A stretch of DNA of 50,006 nt from a virus, in the IMG/VR virus record IMGVR_UViG_3300029813_000039, positions 1 through 50,006 of that record, one strand, 5' to 3'. The notes below the pieces were generated by a model. It was not told where the DNA came from, searched no databases, and saw only the letters and a list, made by a program, of their open reading frames with translations. A program made the translations under genes and the position numbers. This document shows positions 9,982-18,635 of the stretch, piece after piece. How positions within the stretch are numbered: position 1 is the first letter of the stretch; every line of letters starts with the position of its first letter.

Positions 9982-10197
9982 TTATTTACCTACCATTCGT
10001 TCAGTTTTTTTCTTTGATACACCTGCTACACCAAGTTGATATGCTTTAGATTTACGTCTTTTCTTTAATAATTTTCGTACATCTTTCTTCAATTTTGCAA
10101 CCCATGATTCAGTTAGCATATGAGGATATTTTTTTCTTAATGCTTTATCAATCTGTGATTGTTCCCAATCAGTTGGTTTAACTATTTTCTTAACCAT
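9982..10197 (-). CDS. Small highly basic protein
   Basis: 71 aa, Lys/Arg-rich (KKLKKDVRKLLKKRRKSK). First gene after a terminator. Confidence 0.5.
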   Translation of the reverse strand: MVKKIVKPTDWEQSQIDKALRKKYPHMLTESWVAKLKKDVRKLLKKRRKSKAYQLGVAGVSKKKTERMVGK

Positions 10198-10206
10198 ACT
10201 ATAATT

Positions 10207-10243
10207 CCAAAAATGGGGAGCGGGTTATCAGTACCGTTCCCCG
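10207..10243 (-). terminator. Intrinsic terminator after the 10295-10765 gene
   Basis: Minus sense: GGGGAACGG-tactgataa-CCCGCTCCCC (9 bp with one mismatch) followed by ATTTTTGG. Confidence 0.6.
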
Positions 10244-10294
10244 TTATGATATTCTGCATGTTACTTATCCTGGTAACAGGAGCAGTCGTATTAT

Positions 10295-10765
10295 TTAATT
10301 GAAGTCGTGAATTCTATAAGCTACTCTTACTTTTAATGTGCCACCACCGCCACCAGAAGGAACTCCATCAGGAGATCTTAATTCCAGTGCGTCATTAGTA
10401 GCTAATGCTACTTCTTCATCTATGGCTTGTGCAACTCCATATACATCAGCATCACTAAATAAATAAGTATCTTCATCTAATTGGTTACTTACGGCTGTAT
10501 TAGCAGTATGATAATTAACAGTTAAATCACCATGAGTTGCATAAACCGCAGTACCAGCATCAAGGAATATTACGACTGATACAAATTCAATAACTTTACC
10601 TACTCCTGGTGCAGCCACAAGTTCTTTAGGTGCACTATTTAAGAGTAAAATTTCTGCGGCAGAAATATCTATTTCTTTGTTATAGACTTTACCCGTAAAC
10701 CTATCATCTTCACCACCAATTTGGTTATCTATATACCAACCAATATTTGCTCTATTTGCAGCCAT
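10295..10765 (-). CDS. Hypothetical structural protein
   Basis: 156-aa ORF with AAGGAAAT SD-like sequence. Lies between two terminators together with capsid-proximal genes. Confidence 0.5.
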   Translation of the reverse strand: MAANRANIGWYIDNQIGGEDDRFTGKVYNKEIDISAAEILLLNSAPKELVAAPGVGKVIEFVSVVIFLDAGTAVYATHGDLTVNYHTANTAVSNQLDEDTYLFSDADVYGVAQAIDEEVALATNDALELRSPDGVPSGGGGGTLKVRVAYRIHDFN

Positions 10766-10816
10766 TTCAATTTCCTTTCATTTACTGGGGTTATATTCAC
10801 CCAACCTTGTTTAATT

Positions 10817-11893
10817 TTATAGTCGTACCATATCTACACCATCACAGTCTAAATAAGTAAAACCACTACCTAATCGCCCACCTCTAATTGAAGGACCATT
10901 CAACATCGGACCAAGTGACCTTGGTGCACTACGTTGATCTACATTAAAAGCATTCGGTAATGCCTTCTTGTGGTAGTAATCTGACCACAGTGTATCAAAA
11001 TGTTCATCTTGAGATTCCATTTCAGTTCTTGCCAAACACGCTGATTCAACAGCATCATCGAACTGATGTCCCGCCGGGTGTAAATTAGCTACTGGTTCAA
11101 TTATGTATTTAGTTGTAGCAGTAGGTGTAGTTCCACCTGACAGACCAGCATTAAATAAAAATGTACCAGTATTTCTTATGAAATCATCTATTGTAGCATA
11201 TTCACCAACACCAGCACCAGCAACAACACGAATTATCCATCCGTTAAAATAATCATTTGCTTCGTTATCTTTTCTGTTTGTTTCATCAACTAAAGTAGTT
11301 GCAGTACCACTTGTAGTACCACCACTTTCCATATCCATCTTATCGAAATGAAGCGTATAGGGAAATTTAACTACATAAGCTGATCCGGGTTGCGGATCTA
11401 CTATCATTTCCCACCGCCTTGTAGACGTTAATGCTTCACTTGTTGGTTGGTATGGTCGTATAGCAGCTAATTTAGGAATACCAGTATTAACACTAATAAC
11501 CCTGCGTGCCCTTATTTCTGATTCATCACACCACTTGATTCTGGTTCCTACACTGGTATCAGCATCGTACTTAATCGGACCATCAACAGTACCACCGAAA
11601 TTTTCAGCGAGCATATATCTGGCTGCATCAGCGGCTATATTATCATCTCCATCACCTTCAGCATCGAATGTCACGGTCATCAATCTACGCATCCATCGCC
11701 AACCTTTTCTCGGTGCATCAGCCATGAACATCCTGATACCATTATTGACATATCGCTTACATAGATTGAAATTGAACTGATCTGTCGGAATATGAATCAA
11801 CCCGGCTGATGTGTACTCAGCTATACCGAGTTTCTCAGCTACACGCAATATCAGATCCTGCATCGTACTCGCACCTGACGGTTCTACTGCCAT
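10817..11893 (-). CDS. Hypothetical head-tail/structural protein
   Basis: 358-aa ORF, adjacent to the upstream stop (11895). Position downstream of the capsid block. Confidence 0.5.
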   Translation of the reverse strand: MAVEPSGASTMQDLILRVAEKLGIAEYTSAGLIHIPTDQFNFNLCKRYVNNGIRMFMADAPRKGWRWMRRLMTVTFDAEGDGDDNIAADAARYMLAENFGGTVDGPIKYDADTSVGTRIKWCDESEIRARRVISVNTGIPKLAAIRPYQPTSEALTSTRRWEMIVDPQPGSAYVVKFPYTLHFDKMDMESGGTTSGTATTLVDETNRKDNEANDYFNGWIIRVVAGAGVGEYATIDDFIRNTGTFLFNAGLSGGTTPTATTKYIIEPVANLHPAGHQFDDAVESACLARTEMESQDEHFDTLWSDYYHKKALPNAFNVDQRSAPRSLGPMLNGPSIRGGRLGSGFTYLDCDGVDMVRL

Positions 11894-11894
11894 T

Positions 11895-12272
11895 TTACTT
11901 TACCTCTTCAGCCTTTATAATGCGAATTATCGCCTCTTCATGAATCTCACCACCGAGATTAGCCTTGCCTTCTGCGGTCAACTCAACAAGTCTATTCAAT
12001 GCTTGCTTCAACACACCCATCTCACGCTCATCCAGTTCGATTGAATCCTCTGTGCAATCACGTACCTGCTTAGCTACACTGACAGCTTCCGCTATATCTT
12101 CAGCACTCTTAAAAATGCCGACACTTCTTAACCAAACACTCACATTCTCCCGCAAAGGATACGTCTCGGTCTTGTCCTTAAGCTGTCGGACTTCTTTACC
12201 ATCTACTATCTTGGTGACAGGCACTTGTGCTGTCACTTCGTACTCTGATAAGTCGATTTTGTACTTCTTCAT
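11895..12272 (-). CDS. Hypothetical protein (acidic, helical)
   Basis: 125-aa ORF with TAGGAGAAA SD. First gene after the 12297-12340 terminator. Confidence 0.5.
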   Translation of the reverse strand: MKKYKIDLSEYEVTAQVPVTKIVDGKEVRQLKDKTETYPLRENVSVWLRSVGIFKSAEDIAEAVSVAKQVRDCTEDSIELDEREMGVLKQALNRLVELTAEGKANLGGEIHEEAIIRIIKAEEVK

Positions 12273-12296
12273 TTCGTTTCTCCTATACGTGGGGTT

Positions 12297-12340
12297 AATA
12301 AAAATCCAGGTGCCGCCCCACGTTTAAGGAGCGGCACCGG
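12297..12340 (-). terminator. Intrinsic terminator after the 12354-13496 gene
   Basis: Minus sense: GGTGCCGC-14 nt loop-GCGGCACC (8 perfect bp, 12309-12316/12331-12338) followed by ATTTTTATT. Confidence 0.7.
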
Positions 12341-12353
12341 ACGTTAAACACTA

Positions 12354-13496
12354 TTAAGTATCATCATCCTGAAATGCAACCAGATAATAAGTTGTAGTAC
12401 CAATTACAACTGGGATCATAATATCACCAGCAGCAGCAGCAATACCATTAGCTCCCGCATAATCACTTATATCACCTGCATTGAAAACACGGAACAAACC
12501 ATCAAAAACAGGGGCAGGAACCGAAGCACCAGCATGAATATGAAGTACATGAACATAAGCCGGGGCACCACCATCTTCATCTGCATAATAAGTTGCACTA
12601 AAACATGATAAATTAGCATTGGTTAAATTAGGTTCACCAGAAGTTCCGATACCGGCGTGTATTGCAGAATTACAATATGTAAATCCAGCAATAGTGGTTA
12701 CACCACTGGCGTCAATGGTAAGTCCTGCACTAAGGCATTGACAAGTGTCACTGGCAACAGCATTAAGTTCTGCTCTGAACTTAACCATTCCGCCGCCAAA
12801 TCCACCAGTACCATTAAGTATACCTTGAAAATCCACCAGATTAAATGAACCAGCAGTTTGGGCAGATTCAACATATATCCGATTTAACATCACACAGGTA
12901 TCCTCTTCATTTGCAACAGTAAGAGGTGTGTTATCTGTTCCCTGGCGTATAAATTGGGTATCACTAATCTTGGCCCAACATAAACCTGGTATACTGGAAC
13001 GATCAACATCTTCCATAGCAACGCCAATCGGACGGCCCCAACCAGACGTTGTTAAAACATAATTATCATCTTCTAAAGCTAAGATAGTCTGATTAATCTC
13101 ACAATCACAATCCGTCCAAACAGGAACTACAGCACCATTCGGCACAAAGATCTCAATCATATCACCATCAGCACCAGCTTTAGGGCCGAGACATTTAACA
13201 ATACCAGCAAATGCTTGTTGGTTTTCTGTTGTCGGTCTTTCGACAATGAACAAACGACCAGTATAAGTTTGTGCACCTTCAGCATAAGCAGTACCAGCAC
13301 CACCGAGATGTTCATCTGTTGGGGGTCTTACTACACCTGCACGTTCCTTATGATCGCCAACAATATCACTGTTATAACAAACAGCATGGCCGACTTTTAA
13401 TATACTGGTAGTATCAGTGTCGGGACGAAAAAATACTCTTTTTGTTTGAGCAATAGGGTCGATTGCACCCGAACTCATACTTACTATTTTACTCAT
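12354..13496 (-). CDS. Abundant capsid-associated protein; N-terminal part resembles DUF2190-type head decoration proteins
   Basis: 380 aa, AGGAGAAAAAAA SD, immediately downstream of the capsid gene and followed by a strong terminator. ILKVGHAVCY...FAGIVK...GDMIEIFVPNGAVVPVW pattern is recalled from decoration/cement proteins (from memory only). Confidence 0.4.
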   Translation of the reverse strand: MSKIVSMSSGAIDPIAQTKRVFFRPDTDTTSILKVGHAVCYNSDIVGDHKERAGVVRPPTDEHLGGAGTAYAEGAQTYTGRLFIVERPTTENQQAFAGIVKCLGPKAGADGDMIEIFVPNGAVVPVWTDCDCEINQTILALEDDNYVLTTSGWGRPIGVAMEDVDRSSIPGLCWAKISDTQFIRQGTDNTPLTVANEEDTCVMLNRIYVESAQTAGSFNLVDFQGILNGTGGFGGGMVKFRAELNAVASDTCQCLSAGLTIDASGVTTIAGFTYCNSAIHAGIGTSGEPNLTNANLSCFSATYYADEDGGAPAYVHVLHIHAGASVPAPVFDGLFRVFNAGDISDYAGANGIAAAAGDIMIPVVIGTTTYYLVAFQDDDT

Positions 13497-13559
13497 TTTT
13501 TTTCTCCTGTTATGAACTAAGACGATCAGGCCTTAGCCAGGTTAATATTAATCATCAAG

Positions 13560-14672
13560 TTAGATGATTGGTTTGTGCAATACAAAGCCCGCTTTCCTAC
13601 GATTGACGCACAGGTTGTTATGAGAACCATCCAGGAAGACGGTAAAAGCCGTATGTTGAGTGACTCCACCGCTGATCGGTTCAGTCTCTTCCATCCAGTA
13701 ACCATCCTGGACGTAGGGGATGAATTTCTCAAAGTCAACACAGTAAATCGGATCAAGTGTAGTGGCAGCATGATCAGTCTCTAAACTCGTTGCACCGTCA
13801 AGTTCACTGATATAAACAACTGGCAAACGATTCAGATATACAGTAGCACTATCATCAATACGAATGTTACCAAGCACATCTTTGCCACGATGGAAATCAT
13901 CACGGGCATCTGCCAATACCTGCAACTTTACGGTAATTTCCAGATTAGCATAAACTCTCTTGGCAGCATTACGCGTTTGTGCCGGATCATTAAGAATCAA
14001 CGGAGCTTTGAATTTAGTTGCCATAAAAGCTGTTCGGAATGATTCAAGCATAGCATTATTCACACTGGTATATGTAGCTGCCCAGTTTGCCCACTTAGCT
14101 TCATCAGCAGTGCTAATACCTGCACAAACCTGACTTGCAGTACCGTCCTGATAAACAACATAAGTACCGTTCCAGCCACCACCTGTCACAGTATGACGAC
14201 ACGTATTAAGATAGTACGGCACACCATACGGATGCAAGTCATCAGTCGCACTATCCGGGGTCATCCAGAAACGCTCTTCGATTAAATCTGCGAGACTCCA
14301 CAGACCATCGATTCGTCTGGTTTCGAGCAAACGAATAAAACCTCTTGCACTTTGATTACGCTTGAGTTCGAGTATGTCCCACGAATAATGTGTACCTATC
14401 TGGGTCCAGGGCACATCGATCTCAGTCATTACATCTGACACAGCGGGATCATCGGTATCGAAAAGTCTGCGATAACGAGCATTCCCTGTGTTGTTAAACA
14501 TGACCTTACGCTTGATTGAAGTCCCGCCGTCAACTTCCATCCGATCTCTCTGATAAATTCGGCAGGCTTCGTAATCATTATTCGTCCATGCTACCTCAAA
14601 ATACTGTTCAGGTAACTGGGGTAGAGTAGTTGCGATCAGGTCAATAAGATCTGCATTAGCTATTCCAGCCAT
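13560..14672 (-). CDS. Major capsid protein (HK97-fold type inferred)
   Basis: 370-aa ORF directly after the scaffold gene, in the order TerL-portal-scaffold-capsid. AAGGAGTAAATAATG SD. Confidence 0.75.
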   Translation of the reverse strand: MAGIANADLIDLIATTLPQLPEQYFEVAWTNNDYEACRIYQRDRMEVDGGTSIKRKVMFNNTGNARYRRLFDTDDPAVSDVMTEIDVPWTQIGTHYSWDILELKRNQSARGFIRLLETRRIDGLWSLADLIEERFWMTPDSATDDLHPYGVPYYLNTCRHTVTGGGWNGTYVVYQDGTASQVCAGISTADEAKWANWAATYTSVNNAMLESFRTAFMATKFKAPLILNDPAQTRNAAKRVYANLEITVKLQVLADARDDFHRGKDVLGNIRIDDSATVYLNRLPVVYISELDGATSLETDHAATTLDPIYCVDFEKFIPYVQDGYWMEETEPISGGVTQHTAFTVFLDGSHNNLCVNRRKAGFVLHKPII

Positions 14673-14684
14673 TATTTACTCCTT

Positions 14685-15833
14685 TTACTTCTTGAATACG
14701 CTGTCCAGTTTTTGCTGAACTGCGTTTTCCAATTCTCTACGATTTCTTGGTTTAGATGAATCAGTATTCATACTGTCACTTGAACGTTTACTCTCAGATG
14801 GTTTAAGTGTCATACTTTTCTTACGCTTCGTTGCAGTTGCTTTCAAACTATCACGTACAACTCGCGTTCTAATAGGTTCAGTGACAATAAGATGAGCTTT
14901 TTCAAGAGCTTGTTCTACTTCAATTTTCTGACTTCTCATAGCATGCCCAGCTATTATGAACTCAGCTTCCTGAAGAACAGCCAACCTGTTAAGTTGTTGA
15001 CCGTTAGAAAGATCTTCTGGAATCTGGCCAAGATCAAGTTTGCCATAAAACTTATCGTAAAGTTTCATATTATCAGCACTAAAGAAAGAATTAACTCTCT
15101 GATCAATAGCAGCATTAGCCGCTACATTAGCTCGTGCTGTGGCAACTTCATAACCTTGTTGCTGTTGTGAAACTGGTTGTGTTGGAACAGATTTAGGTTT
15201 AGCCTTTAATCCTGCGATAACAACATCAATTAACGGATCATCAGAATATTCTTTCTCTAACTTAGCAATCAATGCTATTGTATTCGGATCTTCCTGTTCG
15301 ACTACTTCAGTTGTAGTTTGCTTAACAACCTGTTGCCGATCCAATTCGATTTTCGCACGACCAATTTCTGAGAAATCCTTTGAAGCCTGAACAACACTGT
15401 TATAACAATTCTCAAATGTTCGCTTGGCTAACTCTGGATTGCTCTTTATTAATTCATCGACATCTTCTTGCTTCCATTGCTGATGGATGGCAGCCCTGAT
15501 ATAAACATCAGGAATGTCATCCTTATTCTCCGCTTCCGGGATAGAATCATCTGTATCATCTTTAGAATCTGTCTGATTGCTTTCCTGTGCATCACTATCA
15601 TCCTTAATTTCATCAGAGGTAGAATCTTCAGAATCCTCATCCGAGACTGCCGTTTTGCTCCCAAGCTTATTAAGATCCTCTTCTTTAGTAAGTAAATTTA
15701 GATTGTCCAATCTTTCCTGAACTGTATTTACTAATACTGGATCATCAATCGCCGCTACGTCTAATTTCTTCAGGCTCTCTGTATGTTTGCCTTCTGTTTC
15801 TGCGACTTGCTCGGTTTCACTTAGGGTCTTCAT
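14685..15833 (-). CDS. Scaffolding protein
   Basis: 382 aa, strongly acidic, low-complexity N-terminal half (DEDSEDSTSDEIKDDSDAQES...), helical. Lies between portal and capsid. Confidence 0.7.
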   Translation of the reverse strand: MKTLSETEQVAETEGKHTESLKKLDVAAIDDPVLVNTVQERLDNLNLLTKEEDLNKLGSKTAVSDEDSEDSTSDEIKDDSDAQESNQTDSKDDTDDSIPEAENKDDIPDVYIRAAIHQQWKQEDVDELIKSNPELAKRTFENCYNSVVQASKDFSEIGRAKIELDRQQVVKQTTTEVVEQEDPNTIALIAKLEKEYSDDPLIDVVIAGLKAKPKSVPTQPVSQQQQGYEVATARANVAANAAIDQRVNSFFSADNMKLYDKFYGKLDLGQIPEDLSNGQQLNRLAVLQEAEFIIAGHAMRSQKIEVEQALEKAHLIVTEPIRTRVVRDSLKATATKRKKSMTLKPSESKRSSDSMNTDSSKPRNRRELENAVQQKLDSVFKK

Positions 15834-15907
15834 ATTATTATCCTTTCAACTACGTTGCCTTAAATTATTATACAACAAGCATAATAATACAAGGGGTAAG
15901 GTAATTT

Positions 15908-16273
15908 TTAGGCTATTCGTTTTCTTGTTTTTGACTTCACTTTTTTTCTTTCTTTAATGATGTTGCACTTGTCAAGATAGTTTTGATGATCGTAATAATT
16001 ATCAAAAATCGGTCTACACTGACTATCTAATTTTATGTCTGGGAACGTCTTGAGGTGTTCTTCTCGTTGTGATGGACTAATAGCTAAAGAATCAGAATGT
16101 ATTGTCCTACTACCATAGTCACCACCAGACATAAATGGTACATCGGCCTGAAGATCACGATTCATCTTAACACCACATTCTGTGCACATACATCTCTTAT
16201 CAGCATCCTGCATTGCATGGATGCGTTCTTCTTTATTCTCACATTTTGGGCATCGGAAACTGTAGAGCGGCAT
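15908..16273 (-). CDS. FmdB-like zinc-ribbon protein
   Basis: N-terminus MPLYSFRCPKCENKEE...CTECG carries the CxxC-(n)-CxxC signature of FmdB-family zinc ribbons. Confidence 0.55.
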   Translation of the reverse strand: MPLYSFRCPKCENKEERIHAMQDADKRCMCTECGVKMNRDLQADVPFMSGGDYGSRTIHSDSLAISPSQREEHLKTFPDIKLDSQCRPIFDNYYDHQNYLDKCNIIKERKKVKSKTRKRIA

Positions 16274-16602
16274 TATTTTCTCCTTCCGTTACGAAAACCT
16301 TTTTCTATACTAATTCTACCCGTTTTATAAGTCCATTTACCCTTTTTCACTTCAGCAGCTTTCATTCCTCTTTTTCTTCTTTTTTCATAGGCACCAGAAA
16401 TTTCATCTTTCGCTATCTGCATAGCATCACTATCACTTAATCCAGGGTTGTCCTGTTTTATTCTTTTATACAATTGTTTTACAGTTGTTCCCCTTTTACT
16501 TTCCTTGAGGTATTTTTTACCAGCAGGACTGTAACCTGGCCCACTCAATAAGGTTTTAATATCTTTTTTAAGTCTGGAAACCCAGTTACTTTTCTTTGCC
16601 AT
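16273..16602 (-). CDS. Small highly basic protein
   Basis: 109 aa, Lys/Arg-rich, overlaps the downstream start by 1 nt. Confidence 0.5.
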   Translation of the reverse strand: MAKKSNWVSRLKKDIKTLLSGPGYSPAGKKYLKESKRGTTVKQLYKRIKQDNPGLSDSDAMQIAKDEISGAYEKRRKRGMKAAEVKKGKWTYKTGRISIEKGFRNGRRK

Positions 16603-16604
16603 TA

Positions 16605-18389
16605 TTACACTCCCGGCTCAGATGTCCGAGCACTCTGCGATTCATTCGCACCTATTTGTTCTATTTCTTTTCTCTCCTGAAACGGAGATTGTATTTTAGC
16701 CTGTTGTGGTATGCCACGTGGTCCAGCACCTTGTTCTGGCGTAACTTTACCTACTGGTTGTGGATTCATTGCCATTTGTAATTGTATCCGCTGCATGAAT
16801 GTAGGATCATCAAACCAATCTTGAACATCATCAAGAATACCCATCTCTTCTGCGAGATCAGTAATAGCTGTTTGTACATTAAATGCTATCCCCATCTGCA
16901 TCGCTACCATAGCAGAATTAATTAAACTTGGTATAAGATTAGTCGCAAACTCAACAATACGTTTAGTTCTCACAGCCGGGTCAAGGCGTGACATCGATCT
17001 TGCTTTCAGGGTAAATGTATAGTCAAGAAAATCACCATCTCTCTGTTCAGGAGTCAGTTGTAATTGTTCATATTCACCACCTGGTCGCCTTCTGGCGAGC
17101 ATGATGTCCATAAACGGATCAGTATGTATATACCAAGCTCTCTTACCAGCAGTATCGGCTGCAAAATCATAGATCATACCGCGACAATCTTCAATAGTAA
17201 TAGTTGCATTAGCTTGCAAAATATTAGCCTGTGTTGCTGATTCAGCATTAGATACCAAACCAGACATTTGATCTGGATTACCTGACATATAATTATGCCA
17301 GATCTGACACTGTTGAAGCATCGCTTCACTTTTTGGATTATTGCCACCGAAAGTTTTTATCTGAACACTATCAGGATTACCAGCTACCATGTCACCATCT
17401 TGTGCAGTTCTTATATCTTCAGCTTCATCTGCACCCGCTGGATCATATACGCCAACACTCTTCTCACGATCAGCTTGATTCATACTTTTGACCATCATTT
17501 TATTGGCCATTCTATGCAAATCGTAATGAACACCAACCGGGGCTACCGGGAATGGATTTCCAGGAACAGGTTGTGTTAAAGCGAGTACGGAATATGGACC
17601 TTCTTTCGGACCATAATAATCACGCGCAGCAAGATATTCATCGAAAATCTTTTGAGATGGATCTGGTATAGTAATTAATGCACCGGCACCTGGTACAAAA
17701 ACTTCTACAACATCTATAAAATCTTGAAGTTCATACATCTCACTATCACTCATATTTCTTCGTGTGAGTGATTCAATTTTATCTTTAGTATTAGGATGAG
17801 TTGACTTCGGTATTTTCAATACAAGATCATGATTAAACTCATCATCATCCAACAAAATCTGTCGTGGAACTCGATTTCTATCACCGAGAAAAGCTGCCTT
17901 CCTATAATCTTTACAAGAAGGATCGGCTGTCCAATCATCGAAATCAACCAAATCTGTATATACTTGGCCTTCGTCAATGAAAATGTCACCAAAGTTCAAT
18001 ATCTGACCACCACCGGCTAAACCAGTTTTAGCAATAGCCATCATGAAGAAAGCGTCTACGATGCAAGCACGCAATGTGTCTTTAGTTTTTATTTGTATAT
18101 CGAGTTTATTAAGTGCAAGACCAAGTAAATACGCATATTGTCTATATTCAGTTATTTCAGTAGATACTTTATTAATTCCACTTTTCATTACAAGATTGGG
18201 AACTGTAGCTCGGATCGTATTGAATATCAGGTTAATTGGTTCATCACCGGTCAATCCATATTCAGACGCATAATATTTACCCACATATTCTTTGATAAAC
18301 ATCGCTCTGGCTTTACGATGTCTTCGATTTCTTTCAAATCCCTGTTTTACAGCGAGGGCAAATTTTTGGGGAGTAAAATACTCAGGCAT
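16605..18389 (-). CDS. Portal protein
   Basis: 594-aa ORF between the large terminase and the scaffold. Size and position are typical of portals. Confidence 0.75.
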   Translation of the reverse strand: MPEYFTPQKFALAVKQGFERNRRHRKARAMFIKEYVGKYYASEYGLTGDEPINLIFNTIRATVPNLVMKSGINKVSTEITEYRQYAYLLGLALNKLDIQIKTKDTLRACIVDAFFMMAIAKTGLAGGGQILNFGDIFIDEGQVYTDLVDFDDWTADPSCKDYRKAAFLGDRNRVPRQILLDDDEFNHDLVLKIPKSTHPNTKDKIESLTRRNMSDSEMYELQDFIDVVEVFVPGAGALITIPDPSQKIFDEYLAARDYYGPKEGPYSVLALTQPVPGNPFPVAPVGVHYDLHRMANKMMVKSMNQADREKSVGVYDPAGADEAEDIRTAQDGDMVAGNPDSVQIKTFGGNNPKSEAMLQQCQIWHNYMSGNPDQMSGLVSNAESATQANILQANATITIEDCRGMIYDFAADTAGKRAWYIHTDPFMDIMLARRRPGGEYEQLQLTPEQRDGDFLDYTFTLKARSMSRLDPAVRTKRIVEFATNLIPSLINSAMVAMQMGIAFNVQTAITDLAEEMGILDDVQDWFDDPTFMQRIQLQMAMNPQPVGKVTPEQGAGPRGIPQQAKIQSPFQERKEIEQIGANESQSARTSEPGV

Positions 18390-18391
18390 TA

Positions 18392-18634
18392 TTATTCTAC
18401 CAATTCATAAGTTTTTTCAAATATATCTGGTTTACAGGGATAATATTCACCTTGAATACCTTTAATAATCCAATCTCCAGAAAGGGCTGTCATTTCCCCC
18501 TCTAAAGTTTTGATTACCATATTACAAATACCAGCATTGAACCCCTGTACCCCGAACTCTTTTATTTCTTCGTGATTATCTCCCGTAAACTGTATTGCTT
18601 CAATCATTATTGGTTTCTTTTTGTATTTTGCCAT
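18392..18634 (-). CDS. Small conserved phage protein
   Basis: Start ATG 18634 with GAGGAT SD. C-terminal GDWIIKGIQGEYYPCKPDIFEKTYE resembles a widespread small phage family (from memory). Confidence 0.5.
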   Translation of the reverse strand: MAKYKKKPIMIEAIQFTGDNHEEIKEFGVQGFNAGICNMVIKTLEGEMTALSGDWIIKGIQGEYYPCKPDIFEKTYELVE

Positions 18635-18635
18635 T

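Noticed and set aside
10284-10293. TAATACGACT (minus sense), identical to the first 10 nt of the T7 promoter, just after the 10295-10765 gene
   Set aside because: Only 10 nt match and the rest diverges. No phage-type single-subunit RNA polymerase gene is present. It occurs once only, so it is most likely chance.
2507-12327. Plus-strand track ORFs inside the minus-strand structural genes (for example 2507-2818, 4570-4959, 6273-6578, 6684-6917, 11535-11780, 11965-12327). The same applies to minus-strand ORFs inside plus-strand genes (for example 27129-27563, 28744-29067, 33716-34115, 37865-38188, 41186-41716, 43837-44232).
   Set aside because: They lie entirely antisense to longer ORFs with recognisable motifs or tight operon coupling. 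They lack SD sequences and have low-complexity or odd composition. These are typical shadow ORFs.
15834-15907. Sigma70-type promoter upstream of the scaffold gene (minus sense CCTTGTAT...TATAAT)
   Set aside because: A perfect TATAAT is present, but the best -35-like TTGTAT gives only a 14-nt spacer. A similar CCTTGT box occurs at about 23075 in minus sense, so a late-promoter motif is possible, but two weak instances are not enough to call a feature.
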